Shown: positions 1-10,264 of the stretch, piece after piece
Numbering within the stretch: the first letter of the stretch is position 1
How the letters are laid out: every line of letters starts with the position of its first letter
Assembly: GCA_963822585.1 (NCBI GenBank)
Contig: CAWGIE010000031.1
Span: forward strand, 160,001-224,000
Direction of reading: 5' to 3'
Source: an uncultured bacterium
GTDB taxonomy: Bacteria; Auribacterota; Erginobacteria; Erginobacterales; Erginobacteraceae
DNA: 64,000 bases
Made by a program: the position numbers and the translations under genes
Notes under the pieces: generated by a model
Told to the model about the DNA's origin: nothing
What the model saw: the letters and a program-made list of their open reading frames with translations, nothing else
The model's database searches: none

Positions 1-269
1 CGTTGGATGTCCGAGTTGGCGGCCATATGGAAGACGGTCTTGAAGCCGCCATTTTGAAAAAGGGGGTCGAGGGCGCCCGCATCGAGGAGATCCTCCCGGA
101 TGAAGGTAAAATGCGGGTTTTTCAGGGCCTGTCCCAGGTTCTCGCGGCGCCCCAGGCTGAGGTCGTCGACCGCGGTCACGGCGGCCCCCTCCCCCAGGAG
201 GCGGTCGCAGAGATGGGAGCCGATGAATCCGGCGCCACCGGTTACCAGGATATGAGGTTTCTCTCCCAT
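1..269 (-). CDS. NAD-dependent epimerase/dehydratase (extended SDR), N-terminal part; runs off the window edge
   Basis: Manual translation from ATG at 269: MGEKPHILVTGGAGFIGSHLCDRLL...VFHMAANSDIQ, with the TGGAGFIG Rossmann motif. Missing from the ORF track because no stop lies in the window. Confidence 0.9.
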   Translation of the reverse strand, partial: MGEKPHILVTGGAGFIGSHLCDRLLGEGAAVTAVDDLSLGRRENLGQALKNPHFTFIREDLLDAGALDPLFQNGGFKTVFHMAANSDIQ

Positions 270-556
270 GTGAATAAGTCGATGTTGGCCGTGGTGAGGA
301 CTTCCGTCCGCGTGGTTGTCTTCAGGAATTCATTTCTCACGGTAAAACTCCCCCGATTGATTCACTCGGGGGAGTCTACTTTAATTACGAGTCCAGCAAG
401 CTGATACATGGAGATGCCTACTATACTCACCCCCCGGGCCTTTTCAATCCTAAACTGGGTGGGCGGCGCAACCGGAAGGGGATTTAATTTATTGTCCCGG
501 GTGTATCCTCCCTGTTATTATGCCGCCGAAGGACCTAACAGCCAAAAGGGCATGCC

Positions 557-2122
557 ATGTTCCACAGATACGCGTCCGCTATTTTTTTACTATGCCTTAT
601 CGGTCTGCTGACCCTGTTCTACTCCCCGTCTTTCAGCAATCCGCCGCGGAGCGATTACTGGGTCGCTCTCTACTACTTCCATCTGGCTGATACTTCCTCT
701 CAACCCCTGAGCTGGCTTTCTCTCTGTAATTATGATCCCTGGGAACACGGAACGTACCGCCCGATCTCTCATCTCCTCCTTTACCTGGAGCACAAGCTCT
801 TCGGAGTCCATTTCATCGGCAACCATCTGGTTAACTTCTTTATGTACTGCCTCAGCATCGTTCTCCTCTACCTGCTGGCGATCAAACTGAATCTCGACAA
901 ATTTCTCACCGCTGTTTTCCTGACCGTCTATGCATTCCTCTTCTCTCACTTCGATATCGTTACCTGGACCTTCCAGATCTTCACTACCATGAGTTTTTCG
1001 GCCTTCCTTCTGGGCTTTTTACTCTACCTGACCTTTCTGGAGACCGGACGGAGAGGGCTCCTCTTCATCATCGGGGTCCTCTTCCTCTTCGGGATGTACT
1101 GTTTCGAGCTCTACGCGCTCTGGCCCCTGGCGCTTATCCTGCTGGCCCGGGGCCGGCATTACTTCCTGGCGTCCGCGCAACCAGTCCCCCGGAAAAATCC
1201 ACTGAGGCCGACCTCCTGGCTGCTCGCCGCCGTCTATTTTCTCTATCTGGCCGTCTTCCTTCTGACCCGCCTGGCCGGCCCTACAACCGGGGAACTTCCG
1301 AAGCTGAACCCGGGGCTGGTGCTTCTGGGAGGATGCTCCGTCTTTTTCAATCTCGTCTATAACGGGATCCTTGTTAACCTGGTGCCGTTTGTGACCGAAC
1401 CCCTGGTCATCCGGGACAACCTGGACATGGCCGGGGTACTGGTCGGCTGGTATTCATCCCTGCCGGCCATCATCTGCTGGACCGGAGGGATAAGCGTTCT
1501 CCTTCTCTCTGTCGCCGCTGTCGTCCTCTATCGCCGGAAAAAAGCGCGGCCTCTTTTTATGCTGTCCTTCCTCATGTTCCTGCTCTTCACCTACTATTTT
1601 ATCGTCAGCGTATCGAGATTGACCACCAATGATGTCTGGTATCCGTTCACCCAGTTCCGCTACCAGTATGTCGCCAACGCCGTGCTCGTCCTGATAGTGG
1701 TCACGGTTCTCACCGGGGTTGTCCATCTCCGGCGTTTGGGGAAAATCGCCACCTGCTGCCTTCTCCTCCCGGTACTCGCGGTCAACATGCAGCTCAGTCA
1801 TAAATACATGACCCGCATCGACCGGGAACTGAAGCCGCTGGGCGTACTTCTGGCCACCATTCATTCCGGCATGAAGAAAGGGGAGATCACCCCCCGGGCG
1901 AAACTCTTCATCGAGGACGGTATTACCGGGCATCTTCCCCCGCTCTGCTGGAACGAAGACATGGCCCGGTTTATGAAAGGCAGCTACCAGTGGTTTTTTC
2001 CCACGGACCGACAGACCTGTTTCACCTTCTCCCGGTCCGAGGCGTCCTGGATAGTCAGGGAAAACGACTACCGTACCATTTATGGCGTCCATTCCGGGAA
2101 ACGTCTCCGGATCACCGAATAA
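557..2122 (+). CDS. Polytopic membrane protein, putative GT-C fold glycosyltransferase
   Basis: 521 aa, many hydrophobic segments; first loop RSDYW and YRP motif resemble ArnT/PMT-like GT-C proteins; FRYQY motif; paralog immediately downstream. Confidence 0.6.
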   Translation: MFHRYASAIFLLCLIGLLTLFYSPSFSNPPRSDYWVALYYFHLADTSSQPLSWLSLCNYDPWEHGTYRPISHLLLYLEHKLFGVHFIGNHLVNFFMYCLSIVLLYLLAIKLNLDKFLTAVFLTVYAFLFSHFDIVTWTFQIFTTMSFSAFLLGFLLYLTFLETGRRGLLFIIGVLFLFGMYCFELYALWPLALILLARGRHYFLASAQPVPRKNPLRPTSWLLAAVYFLYLAVFLLTRLAGPTTGELPKLNPGLVLLGGCSVFFNLVYNGILVNLVPFVTEPLVIRDNLDMAGVLVGWYSSLPAIICWTGGISVLLLSVAAVVLYRRKKARPLFMLSFLMFLLFTYYFIVSVSRLTTNDVWYPFTQFRYQYVANAVLVLIVVTVLTGVVHLRRLGKIATCCLLLPVLAVNMQLSHKYMTRIDRELKPLGVLLATIHSGMKKGEITPRAKLFIEDGITGHLPPLCWNEDMARFMKGSYQWFFPTDRQTCFTFSRSEASWIVRENDYRTIYGVHSGKRLRITE

Positions 2123-2123
2123 A

Positions 2124-3696
2124 ATGAAACCAACCTCCGGGCAGAAAGAGATCGGCTGGGAACGGTACGGCGTGTTTATCTACTTCGCCGTTTTGCTTCT
2201 GGCATTGCTGGTTTTGTTTCTCCCTTCGTTCGATAACCCTCCCCGCAGCGATTACTGGTCGGCCTTTTATGTTTTTCAGCAGGTTGAAGCCTCTCCCGCC
2301 CCCCCCAACTGGCCCTCCATCCTGACCTTCGACCTCTGGCAGCACGGGACCTATCGCCCTCTTTCCCATCTGATTCTCTACCTTGAACACCTGTTTTTCA
2401 GTCCCCGGTTTATCTGGAATCACATCCTTAATTTCGCCGCCTACTCCCTGGCCGTTATCCTTCTCTACCTGCTGGCGCTGCGGCTGGCCCTGGACAGGGT
2501 CCTGACGGCCGCTCTGCTGACCGTCTTCGCCTTTCTCTTCTCCCATTTCGATATCCTGACCTGGACTTTTCAGATTTGGAGCGTCCTCGCTTTTTGCGCC
2601 TTACTGCTCGGATTTATTCTCTTTATTGACCACCTCCGTTCCCGGCGTGCCATCATCCTGGTCCCGGTCGGGGTCCTCTTTCTTTTCGGCATGCTCTGCT
2701 CCGAGGTGTACGCTCTCTGGCCTCTGGCGGTTCTTATCCTCCCCTTCTCCCTTTTCCGGGACAGCGAAGGGAAAAAACAGGCGCCGGGACGGTACACCCT
2801 GATAATGCTGGGGAGTCGTATATCTTCTCTACCTGGCGGGTTTCATCATCCAGCGTTCGGGGGCAGCCACCACCGGTCCTCTCCCCGCCGTCACCCCCGG
2901 TTTGATCGTCTCCTCCATCCTGATGGTATTCTTTAACCTGTTCTATAACGGAATCGCCGTCAACATCCTGCCCTTTCTGGCCGTCCCTCTTTTTTACAAT
3001 GACAACATCAACCTGGGAGGAATTCTCTGGAGATGGGAAGCGGATCTGGATACCATCGTTCTCTGGCTGGGCTTGGCGGCGGCGCTCCTCCTGGGAGCGG
3101 GAGGAGTCCTGCTCCTGCGGGAAAAGAAGCGCCCGACGCTTTCTTTGCTGGCCTTCTTTTTTTATCTCTACTTCACCAACTTGTTCATCGTCGCCACGGC
3201 CCGCATGACCACCGATCCGGTCTTTTATCCGCTCTCCCAGTTCCGTTATCAGTATGTTCCCAACGCGCTCCTCTCGTTGCTGGCGGCGGCAGCGATCGGA
3301 AGTTTGCTCCGGCCGGGACGGCGCGGAAAACTGTTTATCTGCTTGATACTTCTGCCCGTGTTGGTCTTTAATATATCCCTGATCCATCAGCAGATGCTCG
3401 TCCTGGAGAATCGTCTCCGGCCCCTCCGGGTGATCCTGAACAATATCAGCCGGGGGATGGAGGAGGGACTGATTACGGAAAAGGACCGGCTTTTCATCGA
3501 GCAAGGCGTGGCGAAGAAGCTTCCCGCCCCGTCATGGAACAATAACATGGGCCGCTTCATGGAGGGATCTTTCCAATGGTACTATCCCGCCGCCGAGATG
3601 AAAAAATTTACCTTCTCCCCGGAGGAAGCAACATGGATAATACGCCGGGATGATTACGGGAGAATAGTTGATAAGAATGGGAACGAGATGGAGTAA
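2124..3696 (+). CDS. Paralog of 557..2122 (putative GT-C), split by a single-base frameshift at ~2810-2813
   Basis: Shares PPRSDYW, HGTYRP, FSHFDI.TWTFQI, QFRYQYV.NA and WN..M.RFM.GS.QW with the upstream gene. Removing one G from the G-run at 2810-2813 restores LGVVYLLYLAG and joins ORFs 2082..2936 and 2902..3696. Confidence 0.7.
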
Positions 3697-3772
3697 TGGA
3701 GTAATGGAGTAATGGAAATCGATGCCGGCACTGCTTCTCCAACACTCCGGCACTCCAATACTCCAGCACTCC
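3688..3772. repeat. Inverted arrays of 8-bp tandem repeats (ATGGAGTA x3.5 / CTCCxxxA-type x4.5)
   Basis: atggagtaatggagtaatggagtaatgga (3688-3716) faces ctccaacactccggcactccaatactccagcactcc (3737-3772). Confidence 0.8.
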
Positions 3773-3791
3773 TTGTCGCCTGCTGAATAGT

Positions 3792-4817
3792 ATGGAATCG
3801 AATACAGCATTAACAAAACGTGGAACGAGTCCCCTGAAATCACTGGTCACCGGCGGCGCCGGCTTCATCGGCAGTCACCTGGTGGAGGCCCTCCTCAACC
3901 GGGGGGACGACGTGATTGTTCTCGACAATTGCTCCACCGGGAGACGGGAGAACCTGGAACTGCTGGAGGGGAGCGAGTCGATCGAATTTCACCAGGTGGA
4001 TATCGCCGATCTTCCTTCGATCAGAGATTTCTTCCGGGGAGTCGATCGTGTCTTCCACCTGGCCGCTCTGGCCGATATCGTCCCCTCGATCCAGAACCCG
4101 CTCGCCTATCACCGCTCCAACGTGGACGGAACGATCAGCATTCTCGAAGCCGCCCGGGCGGCCGGTGTCAAACGGTTGATTTACGCGGCGTCCTCGTCCT
4201 GCTACGGCATCCCCGATACGTACCCGACGCCGGAGACGGCCCCCGCTCAACCCCAGTATCCTTATGCGCTGACCAAGTATGTGGGCGAACAGTATCTGCT
4301 CCACTGGGGAACTGTTTACGGCCTCCCGGTCGTCTCCCTCCGCTTCTTCAATGTCTACGGCCCCCGTTCCCGGACGTCAGGCACCTACGGGGCGGTCTTC
4401 GGCATTTTTTTGGCCCAGAAACTGGCCGGGAGACCATTTACCGTGGTGGGGGACGGCACCCAGACCCGGGACTTCACCTTCGTGACCGACGTGGTCCGCG
4501 CCTGCCTTTCCGCCGCGGAATCCGATCTTGAGGGAGAAGTCCTCAATGTCGCCAGCGGTACGCCGGTCAGCGTGAACCGGCTGGTGGAACTGCTGGGGGG
4601 AGAGGTGATTCACATCCCGAAGCGGCCGGGGGAGCCGGACCGCACCCATGCCGACATTTCCAAGATCCGGCGACTGCTCGGATGGCAACCGGAAATAACC
4701 ATCGAGAAAGGCGTCGGGATACTGCTCGATAATATCGACTACTGGCGGCCAGCGCCGGTCTGGACGCCCGAAACCATCGCCGAGGCGACGAAAGATTGGT
4801 TCAAATATCTTGGATAG
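3792..4817 (+). CDS. NAD-dependent epimerase/dehydratase (UDP-sugar 4-epimerase-like)
   Basis: TGGAGFIG, YAASSSCYG, YALTK (YxxxK), LRFFNVYGPR, GDGTQTRDF motifs. Confidence 0.93.
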   Translation: MESNTALTKRGTSPLKSLVTGGAGFIGSHLVEALLNRGDDVIVLDNCSTGRRENLELLEGSESIEFHQVDIADLPSIRDFFRGVDRVFHLAALADIVPSIQNPLAYHRSNVDGTISILEAARAAGVKRLIYAASSSCYGIPDTYPTPETAPAQPQYPYALTKYVGEQYLLHWGTVYGLPVVSLRFFNVYGPRSRTSGTYGAVFGIFLAQKLAGRPFTVVGDGTQTRDFTFVTDVVRACLSAAESDLEGEVLNVASGTPVSVNRLVELLGGEVIHIPKRPGEPDRTHADISKIRRLLGWQPEITIEKGVGILLDNIDYWRPAPVWTPETIAEATKDWFKYLG

Positions 4818-4867
4818 AAAAAGTATTTTGAATGAGACATGCCATAATACTATTCAAGCTGAAGAGT

Positions 4868-4930
4868 AATCAGTGATCGGTAATCAGTATTTCGCCAGGC
4901 CAACGCCGCACTGATTACCGATCACTGATT
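4868..4930. repeat. Perfect 21-bp inverted repeat built from 7-bp units
   Basis: AATCAGTGATCGGTAATCAGT (4868-4888) / ACTGATTACCGATCACTGATT (4910-4930); same unit family recurs at 56045-56220. Confidence 0.85.
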
Positions 4931-5019
4931 GCTATTATTGGGGGCCGAGGCGGGGGATAAACATTCACATTCAATCACATTCAATTCGTCTGTTATAAAT
5001 GGGGGGTGAGGGGGGTAAT

Positions 5020-6555
5020 ATGAGCCCAATTAAATCCTACGATAAGATCAAAACTCTCGACGAACTGGAAAAGATCATCGCCGCGCTGAAGAAAAAGGGC
5101 AAAAAGGTCGTCCTCTGCCACGGCGTCTTCGACCTTCTCCATCCCGGCCACATCAAGCACTTCGAGGCCGCCCGGCGGCAGGGGGATGTCCTGGTGGTCA
5201 CCCTGACCGAAGACCGCTACGTCGGCAAGGGCCCGGGGCGGCCGGTCTTCAATCAGCGCCTCCGGGCGGAGACCCTGGCCGAGATCGAGTGCGTCGATTA
5301 CGTGACGATCAACCAATGGCCGACCGCGATCAAGACCCTTAAAAAACTCAAACCCGACGTCTATGCCAAGGGGAGCGACTACGCCGACCGGAGCCAGGAC
5401 CTGACCGGCGAGATTTATAACGAGGAAAAGGCGGTACAGGAAGGCGGGGGGAGGATCCACTTCACGGATGAAATATCCTTCAGTTCCACCGAACTGCTCA
5501 ACGTCCACTTCAGCGTCTATCACAAGGAAGCCGACGAGTTCCTCCGCGGATTCCGGAAAAAATACCGGGCCGATCGGATCATCAAAATGATGAAGGATCT
5601 GAAAAAATTAAAGGTCCTGGTCGTCGGGGACCCGATTATCGACGAGTACCACTACTGCCAGCCGATGGGGAAAGCCTGGAAGGAGACCGTCATCACCACC
5701 CGGTATCTCAACCGGGAATCGTTTGCCGGCGGGGTCCTGGCCACCGCCAATCACATCGCCGGCTTTTGCGACCGGGTCGACCTGGTGGCCTGTCTGGGAC
5801 TGGAGAATACTCAGGAGCAGTTTATCCGCGAACGGCTCAAGCCCAACGTCTCTCCCCGGTTTTTCTACCGGGAGGACGCGCCCACCGTGACCAAGCGCCG
5901 GTACGTCGATCCCGCCTTCCTCTCCAAGATGTTCGAAGTCTGCTTCCTCAACACCCGGACCCCGCCCCCCGAGGTCACCGGCAAGGTCTGCCGACATCTG
6001 GCGAAGGTCTGCCCCGATTACGATCTGGTCATCGCTTCCGATTTCGGCAACGGCTTTATCGGCGATGAGATCGTCAAGGTCCTCTGCGAAAAAGCGCCCT
6101 TTCTGGCCGTCAATACCCAGACCAACAGCGCCAACACCGGCTTCAACCTGATCACCAAGTATCCCCGGGCCGATTATGTCTGCATCGATGAACCGGAGAT
6201 ACGCCTCGCCCTGAGCGATAAGTACGGCAGCCTGGAAGAGATGATGACCAGGATCGCCGGGAGGATGGACTGCGGGCGGATCACGGTCACCCGGGGACAT
6301 AACGGCTCCCTGGGGTACGCCCCGGATACCGGGTTCATCGAGATCCCGGTTCTCTCCCGGGAGATCGTGGACCGGATCGGGGCCGGGGACGCCTACCTGG
6401 CGATCACCTCCGCCTGTGTCGCCGCCGGCTACCCCATGGACATGGTCGGCTTCGTCGGCAACGCCGTCGGCGCCCTGGCCGTCCGCATCGTCTGCAACCG
6501 GGAGGCGGTGGAGCCGGTCCCGCTCTACAAGTTCATCACCGCTCTCCTGAAGTGA
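5020..6555 (+). CDS. Bifunctional cytidylyltransferase-like / PfkB-family sugar kinase (HldE/RfaE-like domains in reversed order)
   Basis: N-terminal HGVFDLLHPGH and KGSDY; C-terminal PfkB signature DRIGAGDA. Start taken at ATG 5020 after a G-rich RBS. Confidence 0.88.
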   Translation: MSPIKSYDKIKTLDELEKIIAALKKKGKKVVLCHGVFDLLHPGHIKHFEAARRQGDVLVVTLTEDRYVGKGPGRPVFNQRLRAETLAEIECVDYVTINQWPTAIKTLKKLKPDVYAKGSDYADRSQDLTGEIYNEEKAVQEGGGRIHFTDEISFSSTELLNVHFSVYHKEADEFLRGFRKKYRADRIIKMMKDLKKLKVLVVGDPIIDEYHYCQPMGKAWKETVITTRYLNRESFAGGVLATANHIAGFCDRVDLVACLGLENTQEQFIRERLKPNVSPRFFYREDAPTVTKRRYVDPAFLSKMFEVCFLNTRTPPPEVTGKVCRHLAKVCPDYDLVIASDFGNGFIGDEIVKVLCEKAPFLAVNTQTNSANTGFNLITKYPRADYVCIDEPEIRLALSDKYGSLEEMMTRIAGRMDCGRITVTRGHNGSLGYAPDTGFIEIPVLSREIVDRIGAGDAYLAITSACVAAGYPMDMVGFVGNAVGALAVRIVCNREAVEPVPLYKFITALLK

Positions 6556-6585
6556 TCTCCCCCAAGGGGAGATCACTTCAGGAGA
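6543..6585. terminator. Perfect 20-bp-stem hairpin overlapping the stop codon, possible terminator
   Basis: TCTCCTGAAGTGATCTCCCC-CAA-GGGGAGATCACTTCAGGAGA; only a weak U-tract follows. Confidence 0.55.
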
Positions 6586-6708
6586 TTGTTCCTTCGTGTC
6601 CGGCTCGGGCGTAGTTTCTTATATATTTAAAACCACTCAATTATATTAGAAGGTGTTTGGCGAGGAAAATACAGATTCAACTGAGATTTTCCAGAGGAAA
6701 ATTTTAAA

Positions 6709-7296
6709 ATGGAAAAGTTCAGCGGCAAGGAGAAAGCCGCTCTGGCCATCTATGGTCTGATTCTGTTGGCAACTGGCTTCTGGATTGTCCGACAGGGCAA
6801 TCTCGTGCCAACCGGTACCGAAACCGTAGTGGGACAGGTGATAGAAAAGTTTGATCTTTCCATAAGCATTCTGAAACAAAATTTGGTTACCCTCTCTGTC
6901 TCTTCCTCAAACGGAGTAAACCAGACGGCGAACCGTTTAATCGACGGGGACTCCGGATCCTTCTGGCACGTGGCTTTGGACCAGCGGGGCCAACCGGCCT
7001 GGGTTACGGTGGATTTCGGCGAAGGGAATGAGAAAGTTGTCCGGTCTTTGGCCGCGCTCCCCCGGGGAGATATCCCTCACCAGTTTTTCAGGAACGCCCG
7101 ATTCTGCGGGAGCGATGACGGAAATAACTGGAAACCGATCGTTGCTATCACCCTCAAGGAAACACCGCACCGCGCCAGTTGGTGGAAATGGGAATTTGAG
7201 AACTCCCGGGCTTATCGATATTACAAGTTGCTTATCCTTGACGGTCATGAAAATGGGGAATTTTATTCAATAGCGGAATTGGCTTTTTTTGAATAA
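6709..7296 (+). CDS. Membrane-anchored discoidin (F5/8 type C)-like domain protein
   Basis: N-terminal TM; SFWH...AWVTVDFG...GSDDGNNW...YRYYKL...SIAEL pattern typical of F5/8C. Confidence 0.75.
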   Translation: MEKFSGKEKAALAIYGLILLATGFWIVRQGNLVPTGTETVVGQVIEKFDLSISILKQNLVTLSVSSSNGVNQTANRLIDGDSGSFWHVALDQRGQPAWVTVDFGEGNEKVVRSLAALPRGDIPHQFFRNARFCGSDDGNNWKPIVAITLKETPHRASWWKWEFENSRAYRYYKLLILDGHENGEFYSIAELAFFE

Positions 7297-7471
7297 TTGT
7301 TATTTTAGCAGCATAAAATTGCAGTTTATTTTTTCATCATGCCATCACCTATCATACATCGTGTTGCAATCCGATATCCTGTTTTGTAGCCTTCATCGGC
7401 GATCCCGGATTCAAGAGAAGATAAGCTTTTTTATCTGGAGTAACCTCGTCAGGTATCGCAGGAGGGGATAG

Positions 7472-8977
7472 TTGAAGACGCCTCATATTAAGAATTCGCT
7501 GCCCTTTTCAGCAAAAACCAGGGAAGCTCTTTATTATAAAGCAATCTTTTTCCTGGCAGCTTTGTATATATCGTTCCTTCTCTGTAATTATGGGTTGCAA
7601 TGGATGAATCCGGAACTTTCTCTCTACATTCCAAGAGCTCTTCAGAATGGGACGAATTTTCGTCTTGATGATATCCTCCGGGGATTCGATTGGTTGAGGT
7701 TCGACGGGACTGCCCGGGCCCGGTTTGTCGATCATTTTTTCATGATATTAAACATTAAGTTCCGGGTCTGGCTTTGGAATTTTATCCCCCCCCATCCCAG
7801 TCTTTCCCTGATCTGGATCTTCTTATTTTTCTCCGCCATTTTATTTTATAAACTAATCTACAATTTAACCAAAAGCCGGAATGCCGCCTGGGCCGGGCTT
7901 TCCTTATTCCTTCTGTCCAAGGGATTTTTAAACAGCATTTCGATGATATTCCATCCTGGCAAACCATTAGTCATCTTTTTAACGGTTTTCTGCCTGTATC
8001 TCACTTCTCAAATCGTCCAAAATTTACATCAACGCGAATTCTTCTCGATGAAATCGATTATACTTTATCTTATCCTGCTCGTATCCATGGTGGTGGCTTT
8101 CTTTACTGACGAGACCGGTTGGTTCATATTTATTTGTCTCCCGGTTCTCTTTCCTTCTTTATTTCTGATTCCCAAAAAGAGAATCATTATTATCTACACC
8201 TACACAACTACTTTTATCTTTTTTCTGTTCTTTGTAACATACGCGGCCCCACGAATAACGAAAGCACTCGAATTCGGCGTCTTTAATTTTTGGGGTTACG
8301 CGGTATCCACCAACAATATCTGGGGCAAGTTCAAATTGATCAATGTTTTCAACCACGCCAACTATTTCCTGGCCGAATGGCTAAGTCCTTTCAAGGGTAA
8401 TTCTCCTTACAATAACTGGATTATCATCGCCTTTTTATGTTATTCGGCATACATAGTTACCATTCTTCCCTCTTCCCGGAAAAAAATATTTTTCCGGGCA
8501 GTTGCTGTTCTGTCCCTCTTTTTGTTATTCCAAACACTCATTCAGACCAGGCATTTGATCGTTATAAAAACGACCGATTATTATGGATCGCTCTTCTCAG
8601 TTTTCTTTGCCCTGCCGGCTTCACTGTTATTTATGGTCACGCGAGGCCCCGCTCGGATAATCAATAAAATATTATTACTTGCCATCCTCCTTATCTCCAT
8701 CTTCAAGTTTCAACAAAAAAATATACATGATATTCGAGAACAATATGATTTTGATTGGATCAGAAAAACATTCCCCGAAGAAGCGGCACTGATGCGGGGG
8801 GAGCGCCTTACCTATGCCCTGGTGCGGGATGCCTGGAAGAATAAAGACGATAAACAGGTCCTGTTAGAGATTAAGGCCCAGTGCCCATTCAGCGCACTTT
8901 GGCTCTTTCAAGAGCTTGAGTATATTCCTGTCAATCAGGAGGCGGCGAACAATCATACCGACTGGTCTTATAGATAG
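7472..8977 (+). CDS. Polytopic membrane protein, possible GT-C-like; AT-richer than neighbours
   Basis: 501 aa with multiple TM segments, FTDE motif, operon context. Confidence 0.5.
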   Translation: MKTPHIKNSLPFSAKTREALYYKAIFFLAALYISFLLCNYGLQWMNPELSLYIPRALQNGTNFRLDDILRGFDWLRFDGTARARFVDHFFMILNIKFRVWLWNFIPPHPSLSLIWIFLFFSAILFYKLIYNLTKSRNAAWAGLSLFLLSKGFLNSISMIFHPGKPLVIFLTVFCLYLTSQIVQNLHQREFFSMKSIILYLILLVSMVVAFFTDETGWFIFICLPVLFPSLFLIPKKRIIIIYTYTTTFIFFLFFVTYAAPRITKALEFGVFNFWGYAVSTNNIWGKFKLINVFNHANYFLAEWLSPFKGNSPYNNWIIIAFLCYSAYIVTILPSSRKKIFFRAVAVLSLFLLFQTLIQTRHLIVIKTTDYYGSLFSVFFALPASLLFMVTRGPARIINKILLLAILLISIFKFQQKNIHDIREQYDFDWIRKTFPEEAALMRGERLTYALVRDAWKNKDDKQVLLEIKAQCPFSALWLFQELEYIPVNQEAANNHTDWSYR

Positions 8978-9360
8978 CCCCCAACCATGGCCCTTCCTGG
9001 TGTTATCTGAGGGATGTTTATATTGCAAAAGGGCGATGGGAGAAAGCCGAAGTATTCCAAAAAGAGGTCAAGCGGGAGCGGGGGAATATCGCCTTTGCCC
9101 ATTTAATGCTCGAATACACAAGTTAGCCCCTCCGGCGCTAACTTCGTATCGGCGACCTTCAGATCGCCACATTATGGCAGCCTGAAGACTGTCGCTATGA
9201 CATTTATTGAAATTTCGAAGCATCAAGTTACCAGGATTACTTCACCGACTGTTTTGGTGACGACTTTGGCTACTGTTCCGAACAGGGGAATCAACTCCTG
9301 GCATAAAATATCGCCGATACTATTTTGAAGGAGTATTTTATCCAACCGGAAGAGAGATGA
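8960..9360 (+). pseudogene. Remnant of a TPR + SGNH-like protein, interrupted by a repeat element
   Basis: One frame reads SYRLVL*IAPNHGPSWCYLRDVYIAKGRWEKAEVF (TPR-like). 9229-9360 reads YQDYFTDCFGDDFGYCSEQGNQLLA*NIADTILKEYF, resembling an SGNH C-terminal block with His replaced by Tyr and an internal stop at 9304. Confidence 0.5.
9111..9229 (-). mobile_element. Short non-autonomous element with conserved ends and a REP-like core
   Basis: On the - strand: TTCGAAATTTCAATAA, then a paired-hairpin core, then AAGTTAGCGCCGGAGGGGCTAACTT; same ends as at 13691, 17379, 28372. Confidence 0.55.
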
Positions 9361-9484
9361 AGTCGCCGTCCGGCGAAACGGCTCCGGTCGAGGGAGGACG
9401 AAGCCACGGTTTCCCATTGATAACAAGGAAGTGGTTAATATAGAGTAGGCATTCAACTAAAATTTTTCGGAGGAAAATTTTAAA

Positions 9485-10072
9485 ATGGAAAAATTCAGCG
9501 GAAAGGAAAAAATAGCGCTGGTGATCTTCGGGTTGATACTGCTGGCCATCATCATTCAGGTCGCGGTACGGATCAATATCTTCAATCCGCCGGCGCCGCC
9601 GTGGAAAATAGTCGAGGACGCGGAACTGGACTTGAGCGGCAATCTTCTCCAGGAACCCGGGGTCGTCCTGGACGCCTCGTCTCACAACGAAGAAAGCCAG
9701 GTGGTCGAGAAGCTGAAGGACGCGAAACCCGACACGTTCTGGCACGTGGCGCTCGACCGGCTCGGGGAACCGGCCTGGGTCACCATCGATTTCGGGGAAG
9801 GAAACGAAAAAACGATCCACTCGCTGATGGCCAAACCGCGAAATAATTTTCCCCGCCAGTTTTTCCGCACCGCCGAACTGCTCGGGAGCGATACCGGGGA
9901 GGATTGGAAACCGGTGGCTGAGATCGTCCAGTGGGGGACACCGGACAATTCAAAATGGCGGCGGTGGGATTTCGCCAATGACCGTGCTTTCCGTTATTAC
10001 AAATTCGCCATCGCCGACGGCCATGAGGGCGGCCAATTCTACTCGATGGCGGAACTGGCCCTTTTCGAATAA
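9485..10072 (+). CDS. Membrane-anchored discoidin-like domain protein (paralog of 6709..7296)
   Basis: Both are 195 aa, start MEKFSGKEK, share FWHVALD..G.PAWVT.DFGEGNEK and a near-identical upstream leader (attcaact...gaggaaaattttaaaATG). Confidence 0.78.
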   Translation: MEKFSGKEKIALVIFGLILLAIIIQVAVRINIFNPPAPPWKIVEDAELDLSGNLLQEPGVVLDASSHNEESQVVEKLKDAKPDTFWHVALDRLGEPAWVTIDFGEGNEKTIHSLMAKPRNNFPRQFFRTAELLGSDTGEDWKPVAEIVQWGTPDNSKWRRWDFANDRAFRYYKFAIADGHEGGQFYSMAELALFE

Positions 10073-10129
10073 CTGTTAGTTTTTCTCCCGAACATTGAGA
10101 TCAATTGGTGTTATTTAATCATAAACACC

Positions 10130-10163
10130 GGACAACTTTCAGACGATCGTTTAATAATTGTCC
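10130..10163. promoter_or_regulatory. 34-bp palindrome upstream of PaaX-like gene 1
   Basis: GGACAA-CTTTCAG-ACGATCGT-TTAATAA-TTGTCC; repeated with the same spacing at 11076-11109. Confidence 0.7.
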
Positions 10164-10264
10164 CATTGATTTCGTCGACTCTGGGGCGGTCTGCTCCAAA
10201 GCGGGAACTTATAGCTTCCATTTCTGCAACTTAGTGCCCTCCTCTACTCGGAACGGGGGTGTCA

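Noticed and set aside
3..404. + strand 133-aa ORF
   Set aside because: Antisense shadow of the - strand epimerase starting at 269.
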